Assembly (NCBI RefSeq): GCF_009914755.1
Contig: NC_060942.1
Strand: one strand, 5' to 3'
DNA: 64,000 bases
Source of the DNA: the human T2T-CHM13v2.0 reference genome, Homo sapiens
Made by a program: the position numbers and the translations under genes
In this document: one piece after another, positions 1 through 13,505 of the stretch
Layout: every line of letters begins with the position of its first letter
Numbering within the stretch: the stretch's first letter is position 1
The notes under the pieces: generated by a model
Told to the model about the DNA's origin: nothing
The model's database searches: none
The model's input: only the letters and a program-made list of their open reading frames with translations

Positions 1-3000
1 TTATTTATCATCGACTTGCCTTTTCTCAGGGACTGAGTATACACATTGATTTTGTAACATGGTTATCAAATTATCTTCATATATCAGCTAATGGCTAAAC
101 AAACAATGTCACAAACAAAAGTAAAAGACATCTTGGTTTTTAAAGGAAGTAATGTGCCTGCATTTCCAAAAAGCTATGTGATGTACACCAGCCACTGTAA
201 TTAAAAGCATTTTTTAAAGTCCTTGTCCTGAGCTCTCAGGACAAATTAGGAGACTATCATGCTTAAGTCTGTGACTTTTCTAAATGAATTCATCTAAAGT
301 AGCATGTCAGCAGGGAGATGGAAAAGGAGTTGTTTTCTGATAAAGCTTGAGGCACATAGTTTAAGTTAACGAGACATGGCAAGAGCAGGTGGGTAATTCG
401 ATGTTCACACAGTGTAATGGGCCAAAGGCTAATTACTATTCACTGTAAAATGAACATAAAAGTCGCAATTATGCCTTCATCCTAGTGGATGTGATGTATT
501 AAAAGCTATCAGCTTCACCTTCTGTAATAACAGCTTTTGTCTGTTTGCACCAAGATGTGTGAAAATAAGACGTATGTGGAAAAGGAGAGCTCTGTGACTT
601 TACACAAGAGCAAACATTGGCTTCTCGTTGTCCCCATTTCTCTGCTCAAGACACAAAGGAAAGATGATACCCTGTGGCTTAGAAATGTCATTTGTAAATA
701 TGATGCTTTTCTTCCTTGGCTATGAAATGCTGCCAAGTTAACTGTTCACATAAGGACTTTTCCCTTGCCGACCCTTCATGTCAACTGTGAACCACAGATA
801 AATACAGAGTTCACAAGGTGAAAGTCTCAACCACGAAGTTCAAGTTGTCAGAGTCAGAGTTGCATCTGAGTAATGCTGGCAGGCTGAACTGAGTGTCTAC
901 CACCATCTTTGCTAATGGCATCCAACCAACAGGGCTATTCCATCTTCCTGTTGTACAACTAATGACAACTTGTGAAAAGTGCACATGGAAGGTAAAAAAA
1001 GGAAAGATAATGGATAAGGTTCAGGGATGCCTGTATTGTAGAATAATTCACCTGTGATGCTAGAATAAAAATCTTAAGAGTACTAACAGAAAAGAAAATC
1101 ATGATCTCCTAAGGAGAGGAGAAAGGATGCGGAATATCTGAACATCAATTGCAACGGGAATTCTTATTTCCAGCTTGGAGAAAGGAAAGCCAACTCTGAC
1201 CTTGTCTGCCAAGATCCCACCACTTGAAGACTTCTAGGATATATCTGTTTAGTGAGTTTCTAACCATGCATATTCCATGCATCCTGGACACCACTTTCCT
1301 TCTTTACTTTGTCTCAGCTTGTTCTCTGATTAACCTTCTGTTCATCATCCCAGACCTATCACTGATTTATAGATAATCTCCTTTTTCATACCCCAGCACC
1401 GCTGAGAGGGACTAGCCAGCTCTTTCCTATCTCTAGCTTGACCTCACCCTTCTACTTGAGAGCTACCTCTCAAGCAGCCCCGGTGGGTACAGCGTGGTAG
1501 TTCCAGGACCTGTCCGTGCACCAGAGGGTCAGGTACTCAGCAAATATTAGAGAGCCGCATGTGAAATGTCAATTCATTTAGGATTGGGGAAATATAATGT
1601 ATTACAGTTATATAACAACAGATCACCTATGTACACAGTCAATGCAATACTTTTCATTATTCAACTCGGAATTCTCCAAACACAGTGAAGAAAATTTTAT
1701 GGGAAAAAAAGCCTTGTACTTGGTATGAAAAGATGTCAGTCTAAGCAGGGATTGTGCTCAGATGATTTCTACCTTTGCTTCAATCCATGCTTCATAAGGA
1801 CTCTACCTTGATTGCCAAATTTTAAAAGGAAAGTTCAATTTAAATTTACTGATGCCATTTAACATTTCTTATTCTCAAAAGTTGCAGAGATTTTAGGATA
1901 GATCCTTAGAACGTTGGTTTTGGTTTAAAACATCAGCTTCCAGGGACAACATGGTCAAAGCACAAAGTTTTAATCTGTGCCAGGAAAACATCAGTGCCAA
2001 TGATGTCTAACCCACCTGGATCTGTTGTTTGAGTTCTGCCCACCAGCTCTCCTTGCCAAGAGTTGTCCCAAACCATTATATAGCTGCCAATGTGTCTGAG
2101 ACCCCAGTCTATTCTCACAATGGATAAAGTTGGGAAATGCAACAATTCTAGAAGCTTCTCAGAGATACACCTGAACTACACTATTGTCATTTTGGCACAT
2201 GTCAGACAAGTTGAGAGAGTTATAAATACATCTCCAGTACAAATTACATCCCAATGTTCTAATGCATTCTAGCTACTCTGTGGGTGTTGCAATTCAATAT
2301 TGATTTTATTTAGAGCAAAAAGAGTTATTTGATGACAAAATTTAAATGTATACTGCATAAAAATTCAATTTTTAAAGAAAAGCTTTACTTTCAGATATAT
2401 TACAACAATAAAACGGCAGCTACCAACCTCTTTAACTCCTTCATTACAATGATCTGAATGCCGAATGCAGTTCTCGACTTCTTTCCATTCTTTAAAAAAT
2501 GATTTCTCTCATCAAGATAAAGCTGGAGACCACCCAGTAACTACTGACTTCCCTGGGCTAAGTATGTTGCAAGCTTTTTCGTTAATCTTACAGCTTTATA
2601 ATTCGTCTGAAATAGGCTTGACTGCATTTGTGTTCCCATCATTCTTAGCTTGCCTTCTGATTTTATGCACCCTTGTCTGCTCAAGGAGATTACTAAGGTT
2701 ACTGATGTGTTTTTAATGTAAATTTCTCCCCTTGTCATGAAAAGGAAAAATTATAAGGATGTCAAGTAATATTGAATGTAAATAAGCCTTTCTCACCTCA
2801 GCTCATGCTAAATTTCTACCGCTTAGTAAATAAACTGGTAGCAGAGTAGGAGTAATGTCAATGATCCACTGAAGGTTGCTAGTTTGAGGCAGAACAATAA
2901 AGCAAAGACTACAAAATACTAATGACGCTTCTGGGTGCTGATATTGCTTGCTTTCCATGGGGATTCACAGATCTAAATGCTGTTTTGCTGGCATTAACAT

Positions 3001-3455
3001 GGCTGTGGAGCCATTGCAATACAAACACTGGCAGTTTAAAAAAAAACAAAACTATCTGGCAGTTGGACAGATGACCCAGGTGTTAGCAGTAATTCTGTGC
3101 CTCATATTTTCAGTTTATTCCCAGAAGTTTAAAGGCACTGAAGGGGACACCAATCATTCTGAGCAAGTGATCAGTCTGACCTAGCAACTAAATGATAGGG
3201 AGGGACACACAGACATTAGTGTAAAAACACACAGACAAACAGAAGTAAAGGAAAGGGGAATTGTGACCTGAAACCAAGGGTCAGCGATGTGTCACAGCCT
3301 GTTATACGTGGCCTACAGAGCCAAAATATGTACTATCTGGACCCTGCCGACCCCTGTTCTAAACACTCCAATGTGGAAATCCTTTTGTGTGTGCTCTTGG
3401 GGTACTTAATAGGCTGTGGATATTTCTGCAGAAGCCAAGCACGCCTGCTAACCAG

Positions 3456-3478
3456 GTGTGTGAGTGTGTGTGTGTGTG
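3456..3478. repeat. (TG)n microsatellite
   Basis: gtgtgtgagtgtgtgtgtgtgtg seen directly. Confidence 0.9.
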
Positions 3479-3482
3479 CGCC

Positions 3483-3960
3483 CTAGTGAGGAACCCTAAA
3501 AGCAGACATTGAGATGAGAGTTTGTGTGCAAGTGATTTTTTATGGAATGCTCCCAGGAAAAGCCAGTAAGGGTGTAGGGAGACAGGACAGGTCAGAGAAA
3601 GAAGCAAAGCTAATGTGGGATTTTAGGCCAAGCTTCAGCTTCAGCCTGATCCTATAGTGAGCTCAGGAATGTAAATTACACTTCAGAATTGGTCCTGTCT
3701 TCCAAGGCAAGGAAATCGGATTCCCCACTCATGTAGCAAGCATTGGTTGTGAGAGGAGGGAACAGATATAAACATTTAGGGGCTTTCTGCTTTCTGGGTG
3801 TCTAGACCAAACTGCCCCATTAGGGCAGGGCTCTGAAGAAAACCACCAGTGTGTCACTCCAAGCAATGCACCTGGAGCTGGATAAAGCACAAAGGAACCC
3901 ACAGGACATCAACAGGCATGAGTGGACGTGGGTGGAGCACAGGCAAGCCCGATACCAGGT
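3483..3960 (-). mobile_element. Old ERVL solo LTR, LTR33-like
   Basis: aagcagacattgagatgagagtttgtgtgcaagtgattt...cagcctgatcctatagtgagctc...aaggcaagg resembles the reverse LTR33 consensus and the copy at 7818. Confidence 0.6.
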
Positions 3961-4119
3961 GTGCGTGCATTAGCAAACACGAGGGATTTCGCAGATAGGA
4001 TTCAGTGCAGAGTGGCAAAAGATGGGATGCACAACTTTATCAAACTCATCTAGAGGCCTCTGCTCTACCTTGACACCATGAAACACCTCTGTCCCCAGCA
4101 TGAAGCAAAATGATCATTG

Positions 4120-4380
4120 TAATCATGGTTAATATTTATTGAGCAAGGTCAAAATATACTGAGCCCTTTGAATACACTATTTTATTTAATACCATAACAA
4201 CCGTGCAAAGTTGGTATCATTGTTCCTTTTTCAGGGACAAGGAACACCATGCTCAGAGGGGTTAAAACAGCTGAATGATCCAAAAGATAAATGACCCAAA
4301 GATACTTAGGAAGTAGGAGAGATTAAATATAAACCCAGATGAAGTCTGCCCTACTCTGAAGCCCTTAGTCTTCCCACTCA
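4120..4380 (-). mobile_element. MIR SINE
   Basis: atttattgagca...atttaataccataacaaccgtgcaaagttggtatcatt...gctcagaggggttaa: reverse MIR core. Confidence 0.7.
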
Positions 4381-4716
4381 CCTACCTCTTGAGTTGGGAG
4401 AACTGAAAGATATGCCATTCTCCAGAACATTCTGAAAACAAAACTCAACTGTGTCTCCTCTGTGACACAGTACATGGGAAAATCTCAGAGGGTGAGAGTG
4501 TGGAGAGAGAGAGAGAGAGAAACAGACAGTGAGCTGATATAACCATCTCATGCAAGAGGGTGCCAGGACTCAAAGGGCAACTAGAATGAGATGATTCTCT
4601 GTGGTTTGGGTTTTTCAATCTATTTTTAAAGAATGTAAGCTCAATGTTTAAATAATTCAGTGATCAGCTTTCAAATTTGTACAAGATTCTGAGGGAGAAA
4701 GGCCAGTGTGTATGGG

Positions 4717-4895
4717 CAGTGATTCTCAAATTTTAATGTGCTTCCAAATTCCCAGGGAGTGCGTCTCAATGCTCATTCCCAGACTCATCTCTTAGAGATT
4801 CTGCTTCCAAATGTCTGGCTGAAGGCCAGGCATCTGGATTTCTTCTGGAAGATCTGAGGCAGGTCATCCATAAGTTGTCTTTTGAGAAACATGGT
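4717..4895. mobile_element. MER5A-like hAT-Charlie MITE
   Basis: Termini cagtgattctcaaa ... tttgagaaacatg; internal agagattctg...ggccaggcatctg. Confidence 0.7.
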
Positions 4896-5578
4896 TTTAG
4901 AGAAATGGGCAAGAATGACTAAAAGAATCCGTGTCTACCCGAGAATAGTTGCCTTACCTGGAATTACGATAATTTTACAGCTTTCTCCCTCTCTCTTTGT
5001 ATACATAGAGAGAGAGGTAGAACTATCCAGGCTGACCAGCCAGGAATGGTAAGAGATTTCACTTACAGATGAGTTAGCCATATGTGACTTCTCAGTATCA
5101 ATCTGATTCTGATCTAGATTGGAAATTAAAAGTTGTTAATTTCTGATATCAAATGCAATGAACTAGATCCAGATTTTTTTGAGTATAAATATGTGCACCA
5201 ATTCAGTGTGATATTTTTTTTTTTTTGAAATTCCAAGATGAGTAGGAGGAAGAACAATTTGGTATGCTGGCCAAGTTCTATTCTGGGGTAATTAAAATCT
5301 GCCTATTTAAAATTCTTTTTGTAAATTTCAGTAGCTATAGGCTTCTTCTTTACTTCCTGTTCTAAAGGGCCATAGAACAGTGCCAACGTTAGCTGACTGT
5401 CCTATGACTGCCAGGTGACACTCAGTGTAGCAAATGTGGGGCAGCCACATGTAAATCCAAATGTGAATTAGACAAGCCATTAATACCGGTATATTATATG
5501 AAAACATATTCAAGTAACAAGTCCATGTTTGGCTTTGATTCCAGAGCCTCAAAAAGTATATTTCTAAATGTTGTTATA

Positions 5579-6178
5579 CATGTGCCACATAACAATGTTT
5601 TGGTCAACAACAGATCACATGTACAATAGTGGTCCCATAAGATTATAATAGAGCTGAGAATTTTCTATTGCTTTATGACACCATAGCTGTTGTAGTGTGA
5701 TTACTTTATGGTTTTTACAGATTTAGTGTAGTCTCAGTGTACAGTGTTAAAAACATCTACATTAGTATACAGTAATATCCTAGGCTTCACATTCACTTGT
5801 CACTCACTCACTCACTCACTCACTCACTCACCCAGAGCAACTTCCAGTCCTGCAAGCTCCATTCATAAGCACCCTAGGTAGGTGTACCATTTCGTATCAT
5901 TTATAGTGTTTTTACTATACCTTTTCTATGTTTAGATGTGTTTAGATACACAAATACTTATCATTGTGTTGCAATTGCCTACAATATTCAGTACAGTAAC
6001 ATGCTATGCAGGTTTATAGCTTAGGAGCAATAGGTTATATTGCTATATATCCTACGTGTGCAGTAGGCTGTACCATATAGGTTTGTGTAAGTGCACTCTG
6101 TGATGTTCACATAACAATAAAGTTGCCTAATGACACATTTCTTAGAATGTATCCCCATCATTAAGTGACGCATGACTG
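5579..6178 (+). mobile_element. Tigger3 (Golem/MER7) non-autonomous DNA transposon, ~600 bp (Tigger3c-size)
   Basis: Left end catgtgccacataacaatgttttggtcaac...ggtcccataagattataat; right end ttaagtgacgcatgactg followed by TA; internal (CACT)n expansion at 5801-5830. Confidence 0.85.
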
Positions 6179-7699
6179 TATTTGGATCTTGTAAGGATAG
6201 CTTGATATAGCCAAGGAAATTCATGATAAATTATTACACATGATTGATTGGATTGCATCTCATTATCTAGATAAATAGCAACTTGTCATAGGGCAATTTC
6301 GTGCTGTTTGTTGCTGTTGTTCCTGAATCATTCCAATGTGGCCTTAGAGTGTTTATTCAGAATAGAAGTTATACCTCTCTTCTTTCTAAGGATTTTAAAA
6401 CACTTTCCATACTTTAATGATTGACTTTAATAATGCTCTTAATAAGACAAACAGCAAAAAAGAAAATAAGAAGGTAAGGAGGAAGGGGACTCAGTGGATG
6501 AAAGGGGTGGACAAATGAATGGAGAGAAAAAGAGAGAAAGAGAGAGAGAGATAACACGCAAACTAGCACATGGTCCATAAATGAAGACAAAAAGAAAAAC
6601 ATGCCACCAGATGGCAAGTGGGGCAACAGCCGCTCACAGCCATTAGAAGCAGCAGCACTCACTATAATTTCTGATATTGCTTTTCTGTCTAAATATGGTG
6701 ATAAAACCTCTTTTGACTGACTTTAGCTTTTGTGATGCAGCAAGGAAACCCCTTTGGCAGGAGGAGGACCCATGGCAGAAACAGAAGGCAAGATCCCACA
6801 GGGACTCAACGGGTCTGTGGAAATGCAGACATCAAACAAAGGCCATAGATTCAGATTGCTGATTTCAAAATGCTGGAGAGGACTACCTTGGATTCTAGAA
6901 TGGAAATTTACAAAGCTTCAATACAGAAACCAGTCTTTGCTTCCACTAGTTCAAGTTACTCCACCTTTTAGCAACAGGCTTATTTCAAGCAACAGTAACT
7001 CTCAGATGTGGCTCTCAAGAAAACAGCCTATGGCTCTTCTGAGCTCTTATATAAACTTAAGCTTTTCAGACATCAGATCAAACCTATTTTCTTTTAGCAA
7101 CTATGATGTTTAAAAATCTAAGTACACTTAATATCAAAATAGAGTACTCTTAGCTGGATATAGATAAGCATAAGAGCAAAAGGGAAGTGAGTTTTGAAAT
7201 CAAAGGACACCAAATAAAAATAACATTAAAAATACAAAAGGCTAGAAACACATCTTAAACATCTCATTCATATGTGTAGTTTTGCACTTTAGAGAGATTA
7301 TTAATATTTTTATAAAAATAATACTACTCAATTCTAGCAAATCAAAAGTGTTTAAAATATAGAAAGGTTGAATAGAGGACTTCTGGTTGAGAAATATTCA
7401 GCTTTTTTATTTGAAAATGCTCAGTAATGCCTTGGTTGATTGAAATTGCTAATCAAGGTAAAAGATGTACGATTCAAGCAATTATAGAGCAAATATAGTT
7501 TCTTATTTTCAAGACACACAGTACATGCCTAAACAGGATTTTAATAAACCTTTTGAAATACTTTACACTTTAGATGTTTTCAATTACTTACTATTTCTTC
7601 TTTTTTCCTTTTTTTCTTTTCTTTTTTCCCTTCATCTCTATTACATGACTAGCTAGCTGTAACTATAACAATATGTTCCAGATTTTCTCTTACTTCTTG

Positions 7700-7816
7700 C
7701 ATATGCTAGGTAACCAATAAGTGTTTGGCACAAGAATAAATAAGTGGTGGATGAGTGGATAGTAGGTGGATGGATAGATGAGTAAACAGATGAATAAATA
7801 AGCCAATGAATGAGTG
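7700..7816 (+). mobile_element. L2 3' tail with (TGAA/TGGA)n
   Basis: caataagtgttt...gatggatagatgagt...tgaataaata...aatgaatgagtg. Confidence 0.5.
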
Positions 7817-7817
7817 C

Positions 7818-8234
7818 TGTCTTAGGTCAGGTGTTATGAGGTATAGATGAGAGATGGAGATTGCTGTGTGAGGGATTATTGAAGACTGCTCTCACTTACA
7901 AAGGAGTGAGGGAAGTAAGATGGATTGAGCAAGGAGCTAAACAGTGATGCAGTCTTAATAGAGGTCTCAGTAGTTTCCGGAGGGAGCTCTGGAGCTGGGA
8001 TGGGACCACCCTTTAGAGTTGCTCCATGTTGAGGCAAATGACATGGGCTTTAAATCACACATCAACCAAGAGGGGAGGTGGCATAATTTTGGACAAGTCA
8101 GGTCCTTCTGTGGAGGACAAATCCCAGAGAAAGTTTCAGCTGACGGGGCATTGGTGACCAACACTTCAGAGTTTGAGAAGTGAGTGCTTGGGTCCTGAAT
8201 GGGAATCAGGGTGGTGACCACAGCACCCACTAGA
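7818..8234 (-). mobile_element. LTR33 (ERVL) solo LTR
   Basis: tgtcttaggtcagg...gagctctggagctgggatgg...gtcctgaatgggaatcagggtggtgaccacagcacccacta is collinear with the recalled LTR33 reverse consensus. Confidence 0.75.
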
Positions 8235-8372
8235 GTACATTTATATGAATTTTTTTAAACCAATCAGAGAGTTACCAGGGACTAATGAGTACCCTAGGGT
8301 TAGCTGCATCCCTGGTTTTCCAGGAGCAGCTAAGTCATAGATGAACTAAATGCATGTCATTTCAAAGATAGT

Positions 8373-8705
8373 ATTGAGTTCATGTCCTTTGCAGGGACAT
8401 AGATGAAGCTGGAAACCATCATTCTCAGCAAACTAACACAAGAACAGAAAACCAAACACTGCATGTTCTCACTCATAAGTGGGAGTTGAACAATGAGAAC
8501 ACATGGACACAGGGAGGGGAACATCACACACCGGGGCCTGTCAGGGGGTTTGAGGGTAGGAGAGGGATAGCATTAGGAGAAATACCTAATGTAGATGACG
8601 GATAGGTGGGTGCAGCAAACCATCATGGCACGTGTATACCTAGGTAAAAAACCTGCATGTTCTGCACATGTATCCCAGAACTTAAAGTATAATAAAAAAA
8701 ATTTT
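8373..8705 (+). mobile_element. 5'-truncated L1PA (L1PA7/8-like) 3' end
   Basis: gagttcatgtcctttgcagggacat...cccagaacttaaagtataataaaaaaa; TSD aaagatagt at 8364-8372 and 8706-8714. Confidence 0.92.
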
Positions 8706-11129
8706 AAAGATAGTCTTAAAAGCTACCAGTCTATGTCATGAAACAAGGCTCATAGTCCAACATGTGCACCTGAGACCTAATGAATATAAAACAAATAACA
8801 TTACCACTCTCCACTTGACTTTGATAAGAGTTTGGCAATTTAAGGTTGTATTTTTGCCAAAGGTCTGTATGAAGCAGTTTTGTGCTGATGACTGCGGGCA
8901 GATACACACACTGCAGACAAACTATAACAGAGTAAGATAGAAGTTCACAGATGGACACTGAGGAATTGCACCAAGCCTCTCACCTGGATGATGGACAAGA
9001 AATGCCCACAGGTGAAATTAGGATTTTTCTTAAGAAACACTTGTAGGTCCACTCTCCGTCTTGAGTGACTAATCAATTAAACACTCAAATTCTGAACATG
9101 GTCAGGTGATTTTAGTCTGAAAAGGAAAATGCATCTTGTAAACCCATATAATGGTGGAGGTAATAATGAAAGCACAAATTAGAGTCACATTATTAGCTTT
9201 CTTCCCTACATCATTGCTTGCTATTGATGATTTGAAGATATGGCTCATCAGTGTTTCCAGATTCTAAAGATTATGCGCCATCGATAAAGCAAGCACTCTT
9301 ACTATGAATTATTTAAACCATTATATGTTTCTAATAATAATAAAAAATGTAATTTCAATCTTTAAACAGCATTTTATAAATCATTATAGTTGTAAGTAAT
9401 CAAACAGTAAAAATCCACCAATGGCCTTGAGTCTTGTCACAAGTCTCTACAACACTGAGGTTCCAGTGGACACTCAGAAACTACTGCAGGCTGAAAGGGA
9501 GAGTCTGCATCTTAGCTGCCAGAGGCTCCTTTGATTTGAACCCAAACTTTACTTCACTCCAGGCTACATGAAGCAATGCCTCTCCAAGACAGAAAATATA
9601 TATTTTATAACTTGTATTGCTGAAGAAGGTCAAAGCCACCCTGTACATCCCAAAGTAATCAACACAATTAAAGGGAGAATGGGGTGGGAGGAGAAGGAGG
9701 AACAGAAAGTTAAATTTCACAGATCTGTGTGTGGGTTAGATCTTGTACCAGTCACTTTATTATAACCACACTATTCCTAGAGACACCTCTATTGATGAGA
9801 ATTTGTCCTAATACAAAACCCTTCTTAACACCTGAAAAAAAATCCATCATTCACTATCTGTGAGCAGATGAATTCAGCCCAGAGATGAGTCTGCATGAAT
9901 TATACCAAAATTCCCGTCAAGAATCTTTTTCACAGGGAGTAATGTCTCATCGTATATAACTTCGTGGGAAAATGAAAGTACACAGAGTTACTTGGTATGC
10001 AAAGCAGGCCCCAACCTACTGTCATAAAGGGGTGAATTGTGAGGTGACACTTCTTCTCCTTGCACTTCAATTTCTCCTAATTACTACAAATTTTACAGGA
10101 GCCTAAAATGACTTAAGTCTAGATTTTCAGTCCAACACTATTATGGTCTATTCATCAACCAGTTACCACAATTATTATATGTGGGAAAATATTATCCCTA
10201 AATGGTTTCCATGTTCCTGTGTTATCAAAGTAATAAATCCAATGGCTAACTCCTTCCCTTTTCAGGTGATATTTGCTTGGCGTAATATTCAAATGTAGAA
10301 ATAAGGTCATTGCAGAAATAAAATTATAATTAGGAAATGTTTTCATTAAAATTAATTTCATACCAGAATTTTACGTAAAAATCTAAAATGCAATGATTTA
10401 CTTTTATAGTCACTAAAAATAATGAAAATTAATAAACTAAACTTAATAAATGACAATAATTTTACTTAAAACTTTAGGCTATCAGAGATTATCTCTGCTT
10501 TGTAAAATTGCTTATTTTATAATATTTAATATTCAAAAAAGGTAGATAATTCACATTTGACTACTATAAAATTCTTCTAAAAATACTTTTGGAATCTAAT
10601 ATCACCACAAATAAGTTATTGAAGATAAATGTTACTGAGAATTCTAAAATAAATGACTGCAAAAGACTAAATTGGTGTAAATGTCTTTTATCCTTAAGAT
10701 AGTTTATCTAGCCATGTAATTTTTTTCTGTTTTAAAATGCAATAATAATTAAAGCTTGGTAAAGGTCCCTAGTTTCCAAAATTGATTCTTCAAACAATGT
10801 TGTAAAGGTTTAACATTACTGGCTATAGAGAGGGCAACTGATAGAGTTATTTTTTATTAGTTCCCTTATGAAACAAGTCAAACATAAATGTTATCGGTTT
10901 ATGAATTCAATATATCCCAGAGTCTGTTGACTTTAAAATGTCTTTTCCTAACATATGGTAATCACTTATTACTTGTGTCTAACAGACAAACAAAATAAAC
11001 GGTTGTCCACTTATTTGCTTAATTTAGAAGCACCTAAGTCACCAACAGTGGAATTAAATTTCGAAAGAATGATCGTGAGCTTCTCATTTCAAGGACGGTG
11101 CTGCAATAGCTCTTCACGGAAAGTTCAGT

Positions 11130-11360
11130 TTAGTGTAGTGGTCACAAGGGTGGATTAAGCAGCCCATCTTCACAGATTTGAACCTCATCTTAGTCACTTA
11201 TCTTTAAAATGTTTATTTAAACTCTCTTGGCCTCAGTTTTCTCATCTGTAACATGGGATAATAATGGAAACTGTTGTGTAAAGTTGCGAAGACTAAATGA
11301 GTGAATACACATCATGCCCTCAGAACAGCCCTTTGTAATCAAGAGCTACTTTACATGCTA
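11130..11360 (+). mobile_element. MIR SINE
   Basis: Core gcctcagttttctcatctgtaacatgggataataat...gactaaatgag. Confidence 0.85.
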
Positions 11361-12689
11361 TTTTAAATCCAAGAAAAAAAAGTTTCTACTTTAGTGCATC
11401 TGAATTTAAAACTTAGAATAGAAACTGCTTTGCATATAAAATCATTGACTTTATTTTAAATGTACACAACATTATTGCCTAATATTTAGTGAGAACCAAG
11501 TAAGAAATGACTCAATTCTGAATCTATTCTGAGGCTGATCTCAGGCCCCAGTAACTATGATCATGCCCAAAATATTACATGTAAGATTCAGTCTTTTACC
11601 CTGGTTTTAGTCATTGAGCCTCTGACTTGTTCCTCTAGGTCTGAGTCCCTTCCTTCGGTTTGGTCCATAATACCCTTTTGTCCCCTCAGGCCTCCTGCAC
11701 AAGAGAGCTTTATTGCTGATCAGTCCTTCTAGTTCATTCTTAACTTTTTCCTGACCCTCTTGCTTTGTTTCTTCTGGCATTAACTCATTGCTTCAATCAT
11801 TAAATGTTTAGTTAGCATTTATTATCTTAAAGAAACTGGTTTAGACTTGGTAGTACGGAAAAGAAGCAGCAGACACACGGAGTCATACTTTCTTCTGCAG
11901 GGTTTTGCTCTCCTAACTAGATACCCACTAGGTACTACCACCAGATATTCCTTCTTGGACTGGCTGCCTGGAATCCCCTTCATTGCTTGTTTCTACAGCA
12001 TGTCTTAACGCATCTGTCAGACAGACTTGTTATAATTTATTCAAGAAGTCAAAGCCTTCTTTGATCCCCAGAAAATCAACCACAGGCTTCATGGAAAGTC
12101 AGTGAACATGAAAGGATAAACGTGGCCTTCTACTTAGCATCTAGGCTACTCAGAATTCCAAGCATTTGGGACCAGGCCATTGGCTGTTTAAACATGAATG
12201 TAATCTGCTCACCTGCCTACCAGCACCAAATCACTCCAAGCCTCTACATGTATCCATTGTTCCTCCTCTGCTCAACAGAACTGCATATGGAGCACTGCTC
12301 ACATGGTGCCTTCACCCATCTGCTTTTTCCTGAATCCCAAGCTCAGCACTGCCACCTGGATTCAAAGGCCATCATCATAATACAGGACTATGCTTACGCA
12401 CACACGTGTGCCTCATGAAGCTGGTCACCTGTCCCCTGAACCCAATTTGCAGAGACACAAGGTTCAGAAGAAGGGGCCCAGATAAAGAGAAATCCATCCA
12501 TGTCACTGCAGTCACCCTGAGGAAGGAGGCTTCCCTTTAGGGAGCCCTTATTTCCTGAAATACACACAAATCCAGCAGAGAAATGCTATGCCTCCCTCTG
12601 GTAGTCAGCATGTGAGAGAAGACACAGCATGTGGGAAACCAGCTTTTGTTGGAGACATCCCAATGTGCAGGGCATCATAATGGATGTGA

Positions 12690-12830
12690 TTCATATCCAA
12701 TCTCACTTAACTCTTGAAGATGCCTTGGATTAGGTTTATCAAGCCCATTTCATTGATGAGGAAATAGATTCAGAGAAGTAAGCAGTTTAGTAGATCATGT
12801 TGAGCCTGTGTAGCACAGCTGGGAGTCTTT
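12690..12830 (-). mobile_element. MIR fragment
   Basis: cccatttcattgatgaggaaatagattcagagaagtaag. Confidence 0.65.
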
Positions 12831-13219
12831 CATTGACATAAGGCCATCCTTCCTAGAAGGGTACAGCCACAGAACCTCTGTGGGGCAACCTTCATAAAGA
12901 GGAGTCAGTAATCAACTCCAGGTGCTGAATGAAGCCAGAAGGACCTTTGACAGTTGGAAAAAAAAAATAAAAGCAAAACAAACCTAGGAGCTTCTGGGCA
13001 ATGAATCGTTATCAGCTTCCACCTGAGCCTGCCAGTAGTCATGACCCAAATTGGTACTATCTGTCTGGAAGGAATATAAATCATAGGATCTGAGTATCCC
13101 CCAGCCTCCCTGCTGTCTCCCAGTGAGTGTACACTAGCCTTAGAACCATTTTCCTCTTCATCTCACGAGTAGCAATGACTCTTAATTCTGTTCCAAAAGT
13201 CGTAACCCTTCAAGTTTAT

Positions 13220-13505
13220 GTGTGTATTTACTAATTGAATAAATATGTTTTGAACCATGAGAGGAGTTCTTGGGCCTTAGACATGAGATCAACGAGATTG
13301 GATCATTATCCCTAAAATATTCACATTCCGGTAATGGAGACAAGTAGTTGAAGAGGTGAGCTCAACATAATTTGCAAAGTGCTATAAGAGGTATTACAAA
13401 AGAAGTGTGAGCTGAGGGGTTTTGTGGGAGCAGAGGAGAAAGGGGTTTAGATTCACCAACGTTTCCCTGACAAGGCAACATCCAAGCTATATGTGAAGGA
13501 TGAAT
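13220..13505 (-). mobile_element. L2 fragment
   Basis: tttactaattgaataaatatgttttgaac...cacattccggtaatggagacaa...gtgctataagag...gaaggatgaat. Confidence 0.5.

Noticed and set aside
6754-7113. 119-aa ORF beginning MAGGGPMAETEGK
   Set aside because: No recognisable family and no convincing donor site or promoter context; length is within chance expectation.
8300-8333. Small hairpin ttagctgc-atc-cctgg-tttt-ccagg-a-gcagctaa
   Set aside because: Stem of ~13 bp with a bulge, too short for a pre-miRNA and expected occasionally by chance.
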